Origin: Candidatus Eremiobacteria bacterium
GTDB lineage: Bacteria > Vulcanimicrobiota > Vulcanimicrobiia > Vulcanimicrobiales > Vulcanimicrobiaceae
Direction: 5' to 3'
Length of the DNA stretch: 64,000 nt
NCBI GenBank assembly: GCA_963758295.1
Contig: CAVWUU010000002.1
Span: 96,001-160,000 of the forward strand
Part shown: positions 53,201 through 63,549 of the stretch, one piece after another
How positions within the stretch are numbered: the stretch's first letter is position 1
Layout: every line of letters starts with the position of its first letter
Notes under the pieces: model-generated
Seen by the model: the letters and a program-made list of their open reading frames with translations, nothing else
Told to the model about the DNA's origin: nothing
Database searches by the model: none
Made by a program: the position numbers and the translations under genes

Positions 53201-53866
53201 TTCACCGGCAAAACCTTCGTCGTCCGCGTTGACGACGCTACAGCCCACGACGCAAGCGCCACGCTTGTAGACGATCTTTACGTGATGGCCGAGCGCGAAG
53301 TGCACCCAATTGTGGTTGCGCCCGATCCGCAAGCCGCACGTGCCATCGTCCGTGCCATCAACCGCAGCACCAACGTCGCCGTCGCCCTAAGCGGCTCGGA
53401 CGCTGCGCTTCTTCCACACACGCCAAACGGCATCGGCCGCGTGCAGCGGGGCATTCTCGACACGCTGACCGCGGCCGGCTACATTCCGGTCGTTTCACCG
53501 ACGGCGTTCGCCATCTTTGCCGATCGCGATGCCAACGTCGCCGCCGACGACGTTGCGGCGGCGATTGCAAAGGCTTGCGAAGCCGCGCGAGCGATCTTTT
53601 TTCATCGCGCAGGGGGCGTTCCAGATCCCGAAACCAACGCCGTAATCAACGAACTAACGCCGTCGGAAGCGCTCGCATTGGCGGACGACGAGCGTATCCC
53701 ATTCGATCTGCGTCTCGCAATTCGTGCGGCGGCGCTTGGCGTTCGCGGGGGAATTCCCGCCGCGCAAATTGTGGACGGACGCGTGGCGCATGCAACGATC
53801 GTCGAGCTGCTCACCACGCAGCATCTCGGAACGCAAGTCGTCGGCGGACTCGTGTTTGCGGCTTGA
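53201..53866 (+). CDS. Acetylglutamate-kinase (ArgB)-like protein with degenerate catalytic motifs; 5' start unresolved
   Basis: FTGKTFVV...; YIPVVSP; NVAADDVAAAIA; DGRVAH..IVELLT..HLGT. Confidence 0.75.
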   Translation, partial: FTGKTFVVRVDDATAHDASATLVDDLYVMAEREVHPIVVAPDPQAARAIVRAINRSTNVAVALSGSDAALLPHTPNGIGRVQRGILDTLTAAGYIPVVSPTAFAIFADRDANVAADDVAAAIAKACEAARAIFFHRAGGVPDPETNAVINELTPSEALALADDERIPFDLRLAIRAAALGVRGGIPAAQIVDGRVAHATIVELLTTQHLGTQVVGGLVFAA

Positions 53867-53875
53867 GTTCGTGCG

Positions 53876-55138
53876 TTACGGACAGCCGCTCGGAACGTGA
53901 TTGAGCGCAGCGATTCGGTCGCCGGCAGGCGGAATCGACGAGAGAAACCACCGCGACGCCATCCCCGGGCACGTTTCATCCAGGTGTTGATCGGTTGACC
54001 GCACGACCGCGCGTATCGCCGAATCCGGATCGGCCGTTAAGGCGATCGCATAGCGATCGGCGTTCCACGTCATCTTGCGCAAAATCGCGTTGTCGATGGG
54101 TGCAACGAGAATGTAGACGCAGCCCAGCAACGCCGCAACGAGCGCCAGGCGCGCGATAGGATCGTCGTCGCGTCTGAACCCGATTCTATCCGCGATAAAT
54201 ACCGCAAGCGCGATGCCGAAGATCACAAGCAGCGCGTTATATGCCGCGACGCGCATCGGATCGTTTGCCGCCACCTCGCCCAATTCGTGCGCAACGATGA
54301 AGCGCAGTTCGCCGAGCGTTGCGCTAGCCACGACGCCTTGCGTCAGAACGATCCGGCGAGTCGGTCCAAGGCCTTCAACGATCGCGCCGGTTTGCGATCC
54401 ATCGGAACGGCGGTCGATGACGATCGGCGCCGTTTGATGCGCCGCGGTGCGCAACGGCTCGAAAGCCGCGGAAAACGAGGCGGGCAAGGGCTTTTGTTCG
54501 CGTAGAGACGGCGAACCGAAATACGGCTCGACGTATGACACGAGAAAGCTTCCGGCGACGATCGCAAGCATCGTGTAGATGTACCATTGGTGCGTGCGGT
54601 CGACGAGCCATAAGACAAAGGCGACCACGACGCCCGCAATCACCATCGCGAGCAACGTATTCAACAGCCACGTAATCGACCAGCTGCGAATGAGCACGCT
54701 GGAAATGCCCATCACGCGGCCGACGCGGAATACGTAAAAGGCGGGAATCAGTGCAGCTAAGCGCGCTATGAACACGAGGGCCGCGCCGAAGAGAAACCGG
54801 ACGTAGATTTCGTTTCTGAGGCCGTTCCGTAGGCGGTCGCGGAGTTTCGCCGCGGCGCCCGATTGCCAAAAATAGGCAAGCACGAGCACTTGAAGGACGA
54901 TCGACGCAAACCAACCCGGCAACATCCAGCGCGCGAGACGCTGCGCCGCTATTTGCCTATCGGGATCCACCAGTTCGATTGCCGGTTGATGCTCGAGCTG
55001 CGCCGCCTGGAGGCTATTAACGCGCCGGTCGAGCCCATTCGGGCGCGCAATGTCGGCCCGCGCGCAAACGGGAACAAGCGCGCCGCCGCCAAGCAGCACC
55101 AATACCACGACGAGCAATAGGCGGCGTAAGACCGTCAT
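53876..55138 (-). CDS. M48/Ste24-like membrane protein with a substituted zinc motif
   Basis: Ste24-like topology; GLGPTRRIVL, AHELGE, NADRYA, PP..DRI. Confidence 0.8.
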   Translation of the reverse strand: MTVLRRLLLVVVLVLLGGGALVPVCARADIARPNGLDRRVNSLQAAQLEHQPAIELVDPDRQIAAQRLARWMLPGWFASIVLQVLVLAYFWQSGAAAKLRDRLRNGLRNEIYVRFLFGAALVFIARLAALIPAFYVFRVGRVMGISSVLIRSWSITWLLNTLLAMVIAGVVVAFVLWLVDRTHQWYIYTMLAIVAGSFLVSYVEPYFGSPSLREQKPLPASFSAAFEPLRTAAHQTAPIVIDRRSDGSQTGAIVEGLGPTRRIVLTQGVVASATLGELRFIVAHELGEVAANDPMRVAAYNALLVIFGIALAVFIADRIGFRRDDDPIARLALVAALLGCVYILVAPIDNAILRKMTWNADRYAIALTADPDSAIRAVVRSTDQHLDETCPGMASRWFLSSIPPAGDRIAALNHVPSGCP

Positions 55139-55174
55139 GTGCCAGCTTTTCGCCGCCGGCCTCCCATAGCTTCC

Positions 55175-56272
55175 CTAACGATAGATGGAAAACGTCGTTC
55201 CGTTAACAGCGAATGAGACGCGGTCCCTTCCCGTGCGCTTGCTGTGATACATTGCCGCGTCGGCGACCTCCAATAGCTCGCTCGCCGAGCGCGCGTCATA
55301 GGGAAACGTTGCGACGCCGATACTTGCCGTGACGCCCGCCGGTACGGTGAACTTATGACGCCGGACGTCATCGCACAGGGCCTGGGCGCGCTCGATCGCC
55401 AGCGTCTTTTGCGCGTCGGAGATCAACGCACAGAACTCATCGCCGCCGTTGCGTCCGACGAGGTCCACTTCCGCAACGGTGTGCGCGCGAATGAGGCCGG
55501 CCATGGCTTGGAGGACCGTATCCCCCGCCGCGTGCCCGTACTCGTCGTTCACGGTCTTGAAACGATCGGTGTCGATGAACCACAACGTAAAGGTCTTATG
55601 CTGGCTCAAGCGGGCGCGATTGAGTTCTTCCGCGAGCCGGTTGCGAAACGCGCGAGGCGTGAGCAATCCGGTTAATCCATCGTAAGTTGCATCTGCTTTG
55701 TCGGCTTCCCGTTCCAACGCTAGCGCGTACGGCGACGTCGCGTGTTCGATGGTGCGGACGATCGCGTCTTCTTCGGCAATAGCGCAGCGCGCGGAAGAGA
55801 CATAAATCACGGCGCGCAGATTCGTTCCGTCGTGCATGGGAACCGCCAATCCGCCTCGGTCGGTCGGAAGAACGACGCCGTCCCTTCCCGATTCGCGATG
55901 CCCGGCCAAGGCGGCCCGCGCCGGCAACGAATCGTTTGAATCGCGCCGCAGCCGCGCCCGTTGGAAATGCTCCACGCGTTGGCCGCTTGCATAAACGCAT
56001 GCAAGCTCGTCGCCCGCAGGCGCAAATGCGAGAAATGCATCGATCTGCGGATCGCGCCGGCGAATCGTTTCATCGAGCGTTTCGATCACCGCTCCGCTGG
56101 AAACGCGGGAAGCATCGACGAGCGAACGCACCGCTTTGAGCAAAAAATCTTCATGGTGTTGCGTGCCAGGCCGGCCACGCTTTCGATTCGCGTGACGCCG
56201 CTTCGCGCGCCAGCCGGCCGTGAGTAACAACCCGAAGGGTAGGCCGAATAAAAGAATCAATACGCCAGACAT
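55175..56272 (-). CDS. TM + GAF-like + GGDEF diguanylate cyclase
   Basis: DGLTGL, DTDRFKTVNDEYGHAAGD, RNGGDEF, AD.AMY.SK..GR. Confidence 0.93.
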   Translation of the reverse strand: MSGVLILLFGLPFGLLLTAGWRAKRRHANRKRGRPGTQHHEDFLLKAVRSLVDASRVSSGAVIETLDETIRRRDPQIDAFLAFAPAGDELACVYASGQRVEHFQRARLRRDSNDSLPARAALAGHRESGRDGVVLPTDRGGLAVPMHDGTNLRAVIYVSSARCAIAEEDAIVRTIEHATSPYALALEREADKADATYDGLTGLLTPRAFRNRLAEELNRARLSQHKTFTLWFIDTDRFKTVNDEYGHAAGDTVLQAMAGLIRAHTVAEVDLVGRNGGDEFCALISDAQKTLAIERAQALCDDVRRHKFTVPAGVTASIGVATFPYDARSASELLEVADAAMYHSKRTGRDRVSFAVNGTTFSIYR

Positions 56273-56341
56273 CGCTCTATTCCGGAGAAGTGCCCTGCGC
56301 GCGGGGTTTCCGGACGTGCAAGTCAAGGCAGAAAACATACC

Positions 56342-57778
56342 GTGCTCGACCCCAAAGATTGGGCGGCGTTTCGAGATTTGAGCCACGCCGCGCTCGATGA
56401 TGCGCTCGACTACCTTCAGAATGTCGGCGAACGGCCGGCGTGGGAAGAGATGCCCGGCGAAGCGATCGCGAGGCTGAACGAACCGCTGCCGCAAGATGCG
56501 ACGGCGCTTGCCGACGTGTACGACGAGTTTTCCAATACGATTTTTCCGTATCACAGCGGCAACATTCACCCGCGATTCTTCGGTTGGGTGCAGGGAACCG
56601 GAACGCCGACCGGCGTCCTGGCCGAAATGCTCGCAGCAACCATGAACGCGAACGTCGGCGGCCGCAATCACGGCGCCGTTTATGTTGAACGCGCAGTGGT
56701 ACGTTGGTTTCTCGAGCTCTTTGGGTTTCCGTACGACGCGAGCGGCGTTTTAACTACCGGAACATCCGAAGCGAATCTCATTGCGGTCTTGGTCGCGCGC
56801 ACGCGCGAGCTTGGCCCGCAGGTGCGCGAACACGGCATCGATCTCTCCAAGGGCCGGTTGATGGCGTACGCTTCGACGGCAACGCATGGGTGCGTGCGCA
56901 GGGCATTTGAGGTCGCCGGTCTGGGCAGCGCTTCATTGCGCGTGCTTCCAACGGATTCGTTGCACCGTATCGATCCCGCGCGGGTTTCGCGTGCGATCGC
57001 CGAAGATCGCGCCGCCGGGCACCAGCCGTTCATGATCGTCGGAAACGCGGGTACCGTGGACGTGGGCGCCGTCGATCCGCTCGAAGACCTTGCGGAACTT
57101 GCGCAACGCGAAGCGCTGTGGTTTCATATCGACGGCGCTTTCGGAGCAACCGCGATGCTTTCGCCGAATCTCGCGCCACGATTCAAAGGCATCGAACGCG
57201 CTCATTCCATTGCTTTCGATTTTCACAAGTGGCTGCAGGCACCGTACGATGCGGGATGCCTGCTGGTTCGTGACGGAGAACTCCATCGTTCGACGTTTGC
57301 GTCGACGCCTTCGTATCTAACGCGCATGCCGCGCGGCCTCGCGAGCGCGCAACCGTGGTTCACCGACTTCACGATCGATCTTTCACGTGGTTTTCGCGCG
57401 TTGAAAGTGTGGTTTACGATCAAGCAGCTAGGTGCGCGCGCCATCGGCGAAGCAATGGAAGAGAACGTTCGCCAAGCGCGGCTGCTCGGCGACTTGATCG
57501 ACGGGGACGCCGATTTGGAACTGCTGGCGCCGGTTCAGCTGAACGTTGTGTGCTTCCGCTACCGTGCGCCGGTTACCGACGAATCCGCGCTCGACCGCTT
57601 CAATGATGAACTGGTGATTAGATTGCAAGAGAGCGGCGACGCGGTCGTCTCCTCAACGACCGTTTCCGGACACCGCGCGATTCGCGCCTGCATCGTCAAT
57701 CAGCGGACGCGCGATGAAGATCTCACCTTCACGCTCGATTCGCTCAAGCGCATTGCGGCCAATCTCATAGCATCCTAA
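56342..57778 (+). CDS. Group II PLP-dependent amino-acid decarboxylase
   Basis: HPRFFG, HIDGAFG, DFHKW (PLP lysine), SRGFRALKVW. Confidence 0.93.
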   Translation: MLDPKDWAAFRDLSHAALDDALDYLQNVGERPAWEEMPGEAIARLNEPLPQDATALADVYDEFSNTIFPYHSGNIHPRFFGWVQGTGTPTGVLAEMLAATMNANVGGRNHGAVYVERAVVRWFLELFGFPYDASGVLTTGTSEANLIAVLVARTRELGPQVREHGIDLSKGRLMAYASTATHGCVRRAFEVAGLGSASLRVLPTDSLHRIDPARVSRAIAEDRAAGHQPFMIVGNAGTVDVGAVDPLEDLAELAQREALWFHIDGAFGATAMLSPNLAPRFKGIERAHSIAFDFHKWLQAPYDAGCLLVRDGELHRSTFASTPSYLTRMPRGLASAQPWFTDFTIDLSRGFRALKVWFTIKQLGARAIGEAMEENVRQARLLGDLIDGDADLELLAPVQLNVVCFRYRAPVTDESALDRFNDELVIRLQESGDAVVSSTTVSGHRAIRACIVNQRTRDEDLTFTLDSLKRIAANLIAS

Positions 57779-57804
57779 GCGTTGGCGGGTATAGAGTGCG
57801 GGAT

Positions 57805-58254
57805 ATGAACTTCTCTCGCGTTTCTTCTACCTTCGTCGCTGCGCTTGCGTGCGCTGCGCTTGCAACGGCACCCGCGCTCGCGGACATTTCGGCCGGAGGC
57901 GGCGTTTTCGCCGGCAGCGGCAACGGCCAATCCACGAGCGGCGCGGCCGTCTTTCTAAGCACCGGTAAAGCAGTGCCCGTAGTTCCCGCCTCGATCGATC
58001 TCACGGGCTTCGCGCCCCTCGCGCGCGGCGGCGGTTATGCCGTTACGCTCGAAGGCCGTTTCGCGGCGGCCGGCAACGCTATCGGCGCCGGCTACGGCAT
58101 CGGCCAGTTCGGCGGCTCGCGTTCGAACGGCACGTTCACCGTCTTCTTCGACCACGCCGTCGCCCCGCTCACGTCTCTGGAACTCCGCGGTTACCAAACC
58201 ACCGGCACCAACAGCGCCACCGCCGGCTTCTTGGGCTTGCGCTTCTCGCTCTAG
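57805..58254 (+). CDS. Small secreted beta-strand-rich protein, probable outer-membrane beta-barrel
   Basis: Signal peptide (APALA-D), Gly-rich alternating strands, C-terminal GFLGLRFSL. Confidence 0.65.
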   Translation: MNFSRVSSTFVAALACAALATAPALADISAGGGVFAGSGNGQSTSGAAVFLSTGKAVPVVPASIDLTGFAPLARGGGYAVTLEGRFAAAGNAIGAGYGIGQFGGSRSNGTFTVFFDHAVAPLTSLELRGYQTTGTNSATAGFLGLRFSL

Positions 58255-58256
58255 TA

Positions 58257-58319
58257 CTCACCGGTCATTTTACAGCTCTGTCGGAGGACGCCGGCGAGCT
58301 CAGGATGACTAGGGGTGAG
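58257..58319. repeat. Imperfect palindrome (REP-like) between convergent genes
   Basis: CTCACC..GTCATTTTACAGCTC ... GAGCTCAGGATGAC..GGTGAG. Confidence 0.5.
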
Positions 58320-58325
58320 GCAACC

Positions 58326-59687
58326 TCAAGATGACGGGGCGGTGGTTTTTTTTGTGAGCGCCTTGGCCGGGTTGCCGACGACGCGGTCGTTGGCGGCGAC
58401 GTCGCGGATGACGACGGCGCCGGCGCCGGTGAGAGCGTTATCCCCGATATTGACAGGGGCGACGAGCGAAGAGTTTGAGCCGATGAAAGCGTTCTTGCCG
58501 ATCGTGGTCTGGTTCTTGCGTACGCCGTCGTAGTTACACGTGATCGTGCCGGCGCCGATGTTCGTTCCCTCGCCGATCGTCGCGTCGCCGAGATAGCTAA
58601 GGTGGCCCGCTTTCACGCCGGCTTCGAGCGTCGACTTCTTGATCTCGACGAAATTGCCAATGTGCACCTGGTCGCCAAGGAAGACGCCGCCCCGCAGGTG
58701 CGCGAACGGACCGATTGAGACTTCGCTGCCGATTTCGCTGTCGGTGACGACGCTTTCACGAATGGTGACGTTGTCGCCGATCTTCGAGCCTGAAACGCGA
58801 ACGTTCGGACCGATAACCGAGTGGCTACCGATCTCGCTCAAGCGCGAAATTGTGGTGTTCGGATAAATGAGCGTATCGCGGCCGATGTTCAGTTCCGGTT
58901 CAAGGTAGGTCGTGTCCGGATCGACGATCGTGACGCCGTCGCGCATGTGCTGGGCGCAGATCCGCGCGTTCATCTCTTTGCGCGCCTTCGCCAATTCGAC
59001 CCGGTCGTTGATGCCGAGCACGTCCAGATGCTCGTCGGCAAGCACCGGGCGAACGGCCTTGCCGCGCTGCACGAAGTGCTCCACCGTATCGGTGAGATAG
59101 TACTCTTGCTGCGCGTTGTCGTTCTTCAACTGCGCAACGGCGTCACGCAGTTCGCTTTCGTCAAACGCATATATTCCCGCGTTCATTTCGTCGATGTCAA
59201 GCTCTTGGGCCGAAGCGTCGCGGACTTCGACGATGCGTTCGACGCCTTCGCCGTTGCGGACGATCCTGCCGAAGTTAGAAGGCAGCGGCATCTTCACCGT
59301 TACGAGGGACATCGCGGCGCGGCCGCCATGCGATTCCAGGGAGTGAATCATGCTGCTGAAAATTTCGTCGGTAACCAGCGGCATGTCGCCGTAAGCTACG
59401 ACGATTCGTCCCCCGTCATTCGTTTCCAGCGCCTCGAGCGCAACCTTCACCGCATGGCCCGTGCCGAGTTGCTCCGGTTGGACGATGCTTCGCACGCCGA
59501 AATCGCCGATACGGGTTTCCAGCTCTTCATTGGTGACGACGAGAACGTCGTGGATGCCGGCACGGCGAAGCGCGTTAACCGTGTACCACAGCATTGGGCG
59601 CCCGCAAAGCTCGTGCAAGACCTTCGGCGTTGCGCTCTTCATGCGCGTGCCTTTGCCGGCGGCTAAAACGATCGCGCGCACCATCAT
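58326..59687 (-). CDS. glmU: Bifunctional UDP-GlcNAc pyrophosphorylase/GlcN-1-P acetyltransferase
   Basis: LAAGKGTRMKS, QLGTGHA, EYYLTD, hexapeptide repeats; ATGA overlap with the gltX stop. Confidence 0.98.
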   Translation of the reverse strand: MMVRAIVLAAGKGTRMKSATPKVLHELCGRPMLWYTVNALRRAGIHDVLVVTNEELETRIGDFGVRSIVQPEQLGTGHAVKVALEALETNDGGRIVVAYGDMPLVTDEIFSSMIHSLESHGGRAAMSLVTVKMPLPSNFGRIVRNGEGVERIVEVRDASAQELDIDEMNAGIYAFDESELRDAVAQLKNDNAQQEYYLTDTVEHFVQRGKAVRPVLADEHLDVLGINDRVELAKARKEMNARICAQHMRDGVTIVDPDTTYLEPELNIGRDTLIYPNTTISRLSEIGSHSVIGPNVRVSGSKIGDNVTIRESVVTDSEIGSEVSIGPFAHLRGGVFLGDQVHIGNFVEIKKSTLEAGVKAGHLSYLGDATIGEGTNIGAGTITCNYDGVRKNQTTIGKNAFIGSNSSLVAPVNIGDNALTGAGAVVIRDVAANDRVVGNPAKALTKKTTAPSS

Positions 59688-61201
59688 ACCGCACTCTCCT
59701 GAAGCGGAGCCGCCAGCTTTTTCCATTCATCTTGTTCTTTTTTGCTGGGCGCGCCGAGCAAACCGAGCGCGTAGCGGAAACGTTCGCGAACGATCTCACG
59801 ACCAAGCAATTCCATGGAGTCGAAGAGCGGAATCGATGTCGGGCTTCCCGAGATTGCGACGTAATAAAGGCGCGAAAGGTCGCGGAACTTGGCACCGAGA
59901 TCGACTGCAATACCCTTAAGCACGCCTTCAATGCCCGTCATGTCGTAAGTGGTGAGCTCATCCAAACGCCATTGCGCGAGCGCGAGCGCCTTGCGGGCGG
60001 TCACCGAGTCGATTTTTGCGTGAAGCAAATCGCCGGCGTTGAGAGTCAGACGTCCGGAATAGAGAAACGATACTAGAGGCGCTACGTCACTCAACCGTTC
60101 GACGCGTCCCTGCGCGAGGCCGAGAATCCGTTGCTGTTTCGCGGGAATCTGCGCGGCCGAAGCGCCAACGCCGAAGGCCCAATCAGCGTAGATTTCGCTG
60201 AACTGCGAAGGCGCATGCCGCCGAAGGCGCTGTCCGTTGAGCCAATCCAACTTTGCAACGTCGAAAACCGGACCGCCGAGCGGAACGTGGTCCAGCTGGA
60301 AGCGGCCGACCATTTCCTGAAGCGACATCAGCTCGTCTTGACCTTCGTGCACGGCGTTCGAAAGCAGGCCGAGGAAGTTCATGAGCGCTTCGGGCAGATA
60401 TCCCATCGCCTTGTAAAACAGAATGCCGGTCGGGTTCTTCCGTTTCGAAAGTTTCGACTTATCAGGATTGCGCAGCAGCGGCAAGTGCATGAGCTTCGGT
60501 GGTTCCCAACCGAAGTACTGATACAACAGCAGATGCTTGGGAGCGCTCGAAACCCACTCTTCACCGCGGATTACGTGGGTGATTTCCATCAAGTGATCGT
60601 CGACGACGTTGGCTAGATGGTACGTGGGCAGGCCGTCGGACTTCATCAAGACTTGCATGTCGACGGTCTTCCACTCGATCTCGATCTTGCCGCGACGAAG
60701 GTCCTCGACGATGCAGATTCCGTCGCTCGGCACCCGCATGCGAACCACGTGCGGCTCACCCGCCGTTTCCCGGCGCACGATCTCTTCGGGAGAATACGTC
60801 AGACAGAGGCCGTCGTAGCGCGGCGGCAGGCCGGCTGCGCGCTGCGCCACGCGCATGTCTTCCAAGCGCGCCGGCGTGCAGAAACACTTGAACGCGTGAC
60901 CCGCGTCGATAAGTTGCTGAACGTATTCTTTGTAGATATCGGAGCGTTCGCTCTGACGGTACGGCCCGTGCGGGCCGCCAATGTCGGGGCCTTCATCCCA
61001 CGACAACCCGCACCAATGCAGTGAATCGAGGATCGCTGCTTCGCTTTCGGGAGTGCTGCGAATCTGATCCGTATCCTCGATACGGAGCAGAAAATCGCCG
61101 CCGTGATGTTTGGCGAAGCAGTAATTCACCAGCGCGACATACGCCGTGCCGACGTGCGGATCGCCCGTCGGAGACGGAGCGATGCGAGTCCGAACCTTCA
61201 A
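59684..61201 (-). CDS. gltX: Glutamate--tRNA ligase
   Basis: RIAPSPTG.PHVG, RIEDTD, YRQSER, KLSKR; TTG start with AAGGA. Confidence 0.97.
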   Translation of the reverse strand: MKVRTRIAPSPTGDPHVGTAYVALVNYCFAKHHGGDFLLRIEDTDQIRSTPESEAAILDSLHWCGLSWDEGPDIGGPHGPYRQSERSDIYKEYVQQLIDAGHAFKCFCTPARLEDMRVAQRAAGLPPRYDGLCLTYSPEEIVRRETAGEPHVVRMRVPSDGICIVEDLRRGKIEIEWKTVDMQVLMKSDGLPTYHLANVVDDHLMEITHVIRGEEWVSSAPKHLLLYQYFGWEPPKLMHLPLLRNPDKSKLSKRKNPTGILFYKAMGYLPEALMNFLGLLSNAVHEGQDELMSLQEMVGRFQLDHVPLGGPVFDVAKLDWLNGQRLRRHAPSQFSEIYADWAFGVGASAAQIPAKQQRILGLAQGRVERLSDVAPLVSFLYSGRLTLNAGDLLHAKIDSVTARKALALAQWRLDELTTYDMTGIEGVLKGIAVDLGAKFRDLSRLYYVAISGSPTSIPLFDSMELLGREIVRERFRYALGLLGAPSKKEQDEWKKLAAPLQESAV

Positions 61202-61227
61202 AATATTCCTTCGGCTTTGGTCAGGGT

Positions 61228-61644
61228 CTAGCCGACCAGCTGGCGGCGTTTGCCGCATTCGGCTTCAACGAAATCGATGATCTCTTGCAACGGCGCACCC
61301 GGCGTAAAGATCGCCTTGACACCTTTGCTCTTCAATTCCGTTGCATCTTCGGGTGGAATGGTTCCACCGCCGAAAAACACGACGTCTTCGGCCCCTTGCG
61401 CTTTCAGTTGCTCGAGCACGAGCGGGAAAAGCGTCATGTGCGCGCCGGAAAGGATTGAAAGGCCGATGCCGTCGGCATCTTCCTGAATCGCCGTTTGCAC
61501 GATCTGCTCGGGCGTTTGAAATAACCCGGTGTAAATAACTTCCATGCCGGCGTCGCGCAATGCGCGCGCGATCACTTTGGCTCCGCGATCGTGGCCGTCC
61601 AGGCCGGCTTTAGCGACGATGATACGCAGTGGTCGGTTGGCCAT
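61228..61644 (-). CDS. Acyl-CoA mutase small (cobalamin-binding) subunit, IcmB-like
   Basis: [10 protein letters not shown] (DxHxxG), SILSGAH, GGGTIP. Confidence 0.95.
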   Translation of the reverse strand: MANRPLRIIVAKAGLDGHDRGAKVIARALRDAGMEVIYTGLFQTPEQIVQTAIQEDADGIGLSILSGAHMTLFPLVLEQLKAQGAEDVVFFGGGTIPPEDATELKSKGVKAIFTPGAPLQEIIDFVEAECGKRRQLVG

Positions 61645-61758
61645 ATTGTCCTTTGTCTTGGAGTTCCTGACTTAAGCGCAATGCTTCTTCGAACTTGCGC
61701 TTTACTTCGGCGAGGGTACGGCGCGCGCGGTGCCGTTCCAATTCGCTGCGTACGCGCA

Positions 61759-63471
61759 TTAGAATACCGAGCGCTCCGTGTAGCGGCCGTACACCGATGC
61801 CATCGTTTCGACGATTTCGCCTTCGGTGCAGTACGCATTGACGCAATCGATGAGGTGAGGCATCAGGTTGTCCTTCGGATCGCGGCATGCTTTTTGCAGG
61901 CGATCGAGCGTGGCTTGTACCAGCGCCCCGTCGCGCGATGACCGGATCTGCTGCAGCGAATGCGCCTGTCCTTGCGCCACTTCGTCGGTGATTTTCAGAA
62001 GATCGATTTCCGAGTCGTCAGCGGGACGCTGGAAGGCGTTGACGCCGACGATTACGCGATCTTTCGACTCGATCGAACGCTGATAACGATAGCTCGCCTC
62101 GGCGATCTCTTTTTGGAAGAAGCCGGCTTCGATCGCTTCGACCACGCCGCCGTACTCTTCGATCTGCGCGAAGTACGCTTCGGCTTGGCGCTCCATTTCG
62201 TCCGTGAGCGCTTCGATGAAGTACGAACCGCCGAGCGGGTCGACAACGTTCGTGACGTTCGTTTCATACGCCAGGACTTGCTGCGTGCGCAGCGCGATCT
62301 CTACCGATTTTTCGGTCGGCAGGGCCAGGACTTCGTCCATCGAGTTGGTGTGCAGTGACTGCGTGCCACCGAGCACCGCCGCCATCGCTTCGTACGCAAC
62401 GCGCACGATGTTATTCTCGGGCTGTTGCGCAGTTGCGCTGCAGCCGGCCGTCTGCGTGTGGAAGCGCAGCTGCCACGATTTCGGGTTCTTCGCGCCGTAC
62501 TTCTCGCGCATATGGCGCGCGTAGATACGGCGCGCAGCGCGGAACTTGGCGATCTCTTCGAAGAAATCGATGTGCGAATTGAAGAAGTACGATAGACGCG
62601 GCGCAAAAGAGTCAACGTCCAGTCCGCGCGCCATAGCCGCTTCGACGTACGCAAAGCCGTCGGCCAGCGTAAACGCCAATTCCTGGGCAGCCGTAGATCC
62701 CGCTTCGCGAATGTGATAGCCCGAAATAGAGATGGTGTTCCACTTCGGCATTTCGGCCGTGCAGAACTCGATCATGTCGACGATCACGCGCATGTGGGGA
62801 CGGGGCGGGAAGATCCACTCTTTCTGCGCGATGTACTCTTTGAGAATGTCGGCTTGAATCGTGCCGCCGAGCTTCGCGCGCGGAATGCCCTTTTTCTCGG
62901 CCGCGGCAATGTATTGCGCAACGGCGATGGCCGCCGGGCCGTTGATCGTCATCGACGTAGTGATGTCGCCCATGTCGATGCCGTCGAAGAGCACTTCCAT
63001 GTCATGCAGCGTGTCGATCGCGACGCCGCACTTGCCCACTTCACCGCGCGCTTGGGGCGCGTCGGAGTCGTAACCCATAAGGGTCGGCATATCGAAGGCG
63101 ACGGACAAGCCGTGCTGGCCTTGCGAGAGCAAAAAGTGATACCGCTCGTTCGTCTGCTTGGCGTTGCCGAAGCCGGCGAACTGGCGCATCGTCCACAAGC
63201 GATCGCGATATCCGTTGGGATGGATGCCACGCGTGTACGGATACGAGCCTGGCCACGACAGATCGCGAGCTAAGTCGAGATGCGCCACGTCTTCCGGACC
63301 ATAAACGGTCTTCAACGGCACATCGGAGATCGTGCGATCTACGGCGCCGGAGCCCGGGCCTTTGCGCGCTTTGCCCTTCGCCGACGCGGCTTCCCAAGTT
63401 CGCTTTTCTTCTTCAAACTCGGGGGTCGGCTGCGCGCCGAGCCCGCTCGGGCGATCGATCATCTTGGCCAA
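61759..63471 (-). CDS. Acyl-CoA mutase large subunit, isobutyryl-CoA mutase (IcmA)-like
   Basis: [41 protein letters not shown]. Confidence 0.93.
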   Translation of the reverse strand: MAKMIDRPSGLGAQPTPEFEEEKRTWEAASAKGKARKGPGSGAVDRTISDVPLKTVYGPEDVAHLDLARDLSWPGSYPYTRGIHPNGYRDRLWTMRQFAGFGNAKQTNERYHFLLSQGQHGLSVAFDMPTLMGYDSDAPQARGEVGKCGVAIDTLHDMEVLFDGIDMGDITTSMTINGPAAIAVAQYIAAAEKKGIPRAKLGGTIQADILKEYIAQKEWIFPPRPHMRVIVDMIEFCTAEMPKWNTISISGYHIREAGSTAAQELAFTLADGFAYVEAAMARGLDVDSFAPRLSYFFNSHIDFFEEIAKFRAARRIYARHMREKYGAKNPKSWQLRFHTQTAGCSATAQQPENNIVRVAYEAMAAVLGGTQSLHTNSMDEVLALPTEKSVEIALRTQQVLAYETNVTNVVDPLGGSYFIEALTDEMERQAEAYFAQIEEYGGVVEAIEAGFFQKEIAEASYRYQRSIESKDRVIVGVNAFQRPADDSEIDLLKITDEVAQGQAHSLQQIRSSRDGALVQATLDRLQKACRDPKDNLMPHLIDCVNAYCTEGEIVETMASVYGRYTERSVF

Positions 63472-63549
63472 GACGGAATTCCTCTTTAGATGGATGTCGG
63501 AACCGATATTCTCCCAAAGCCCGGTCCGCCCCGCAACCCACTTGGTCGG

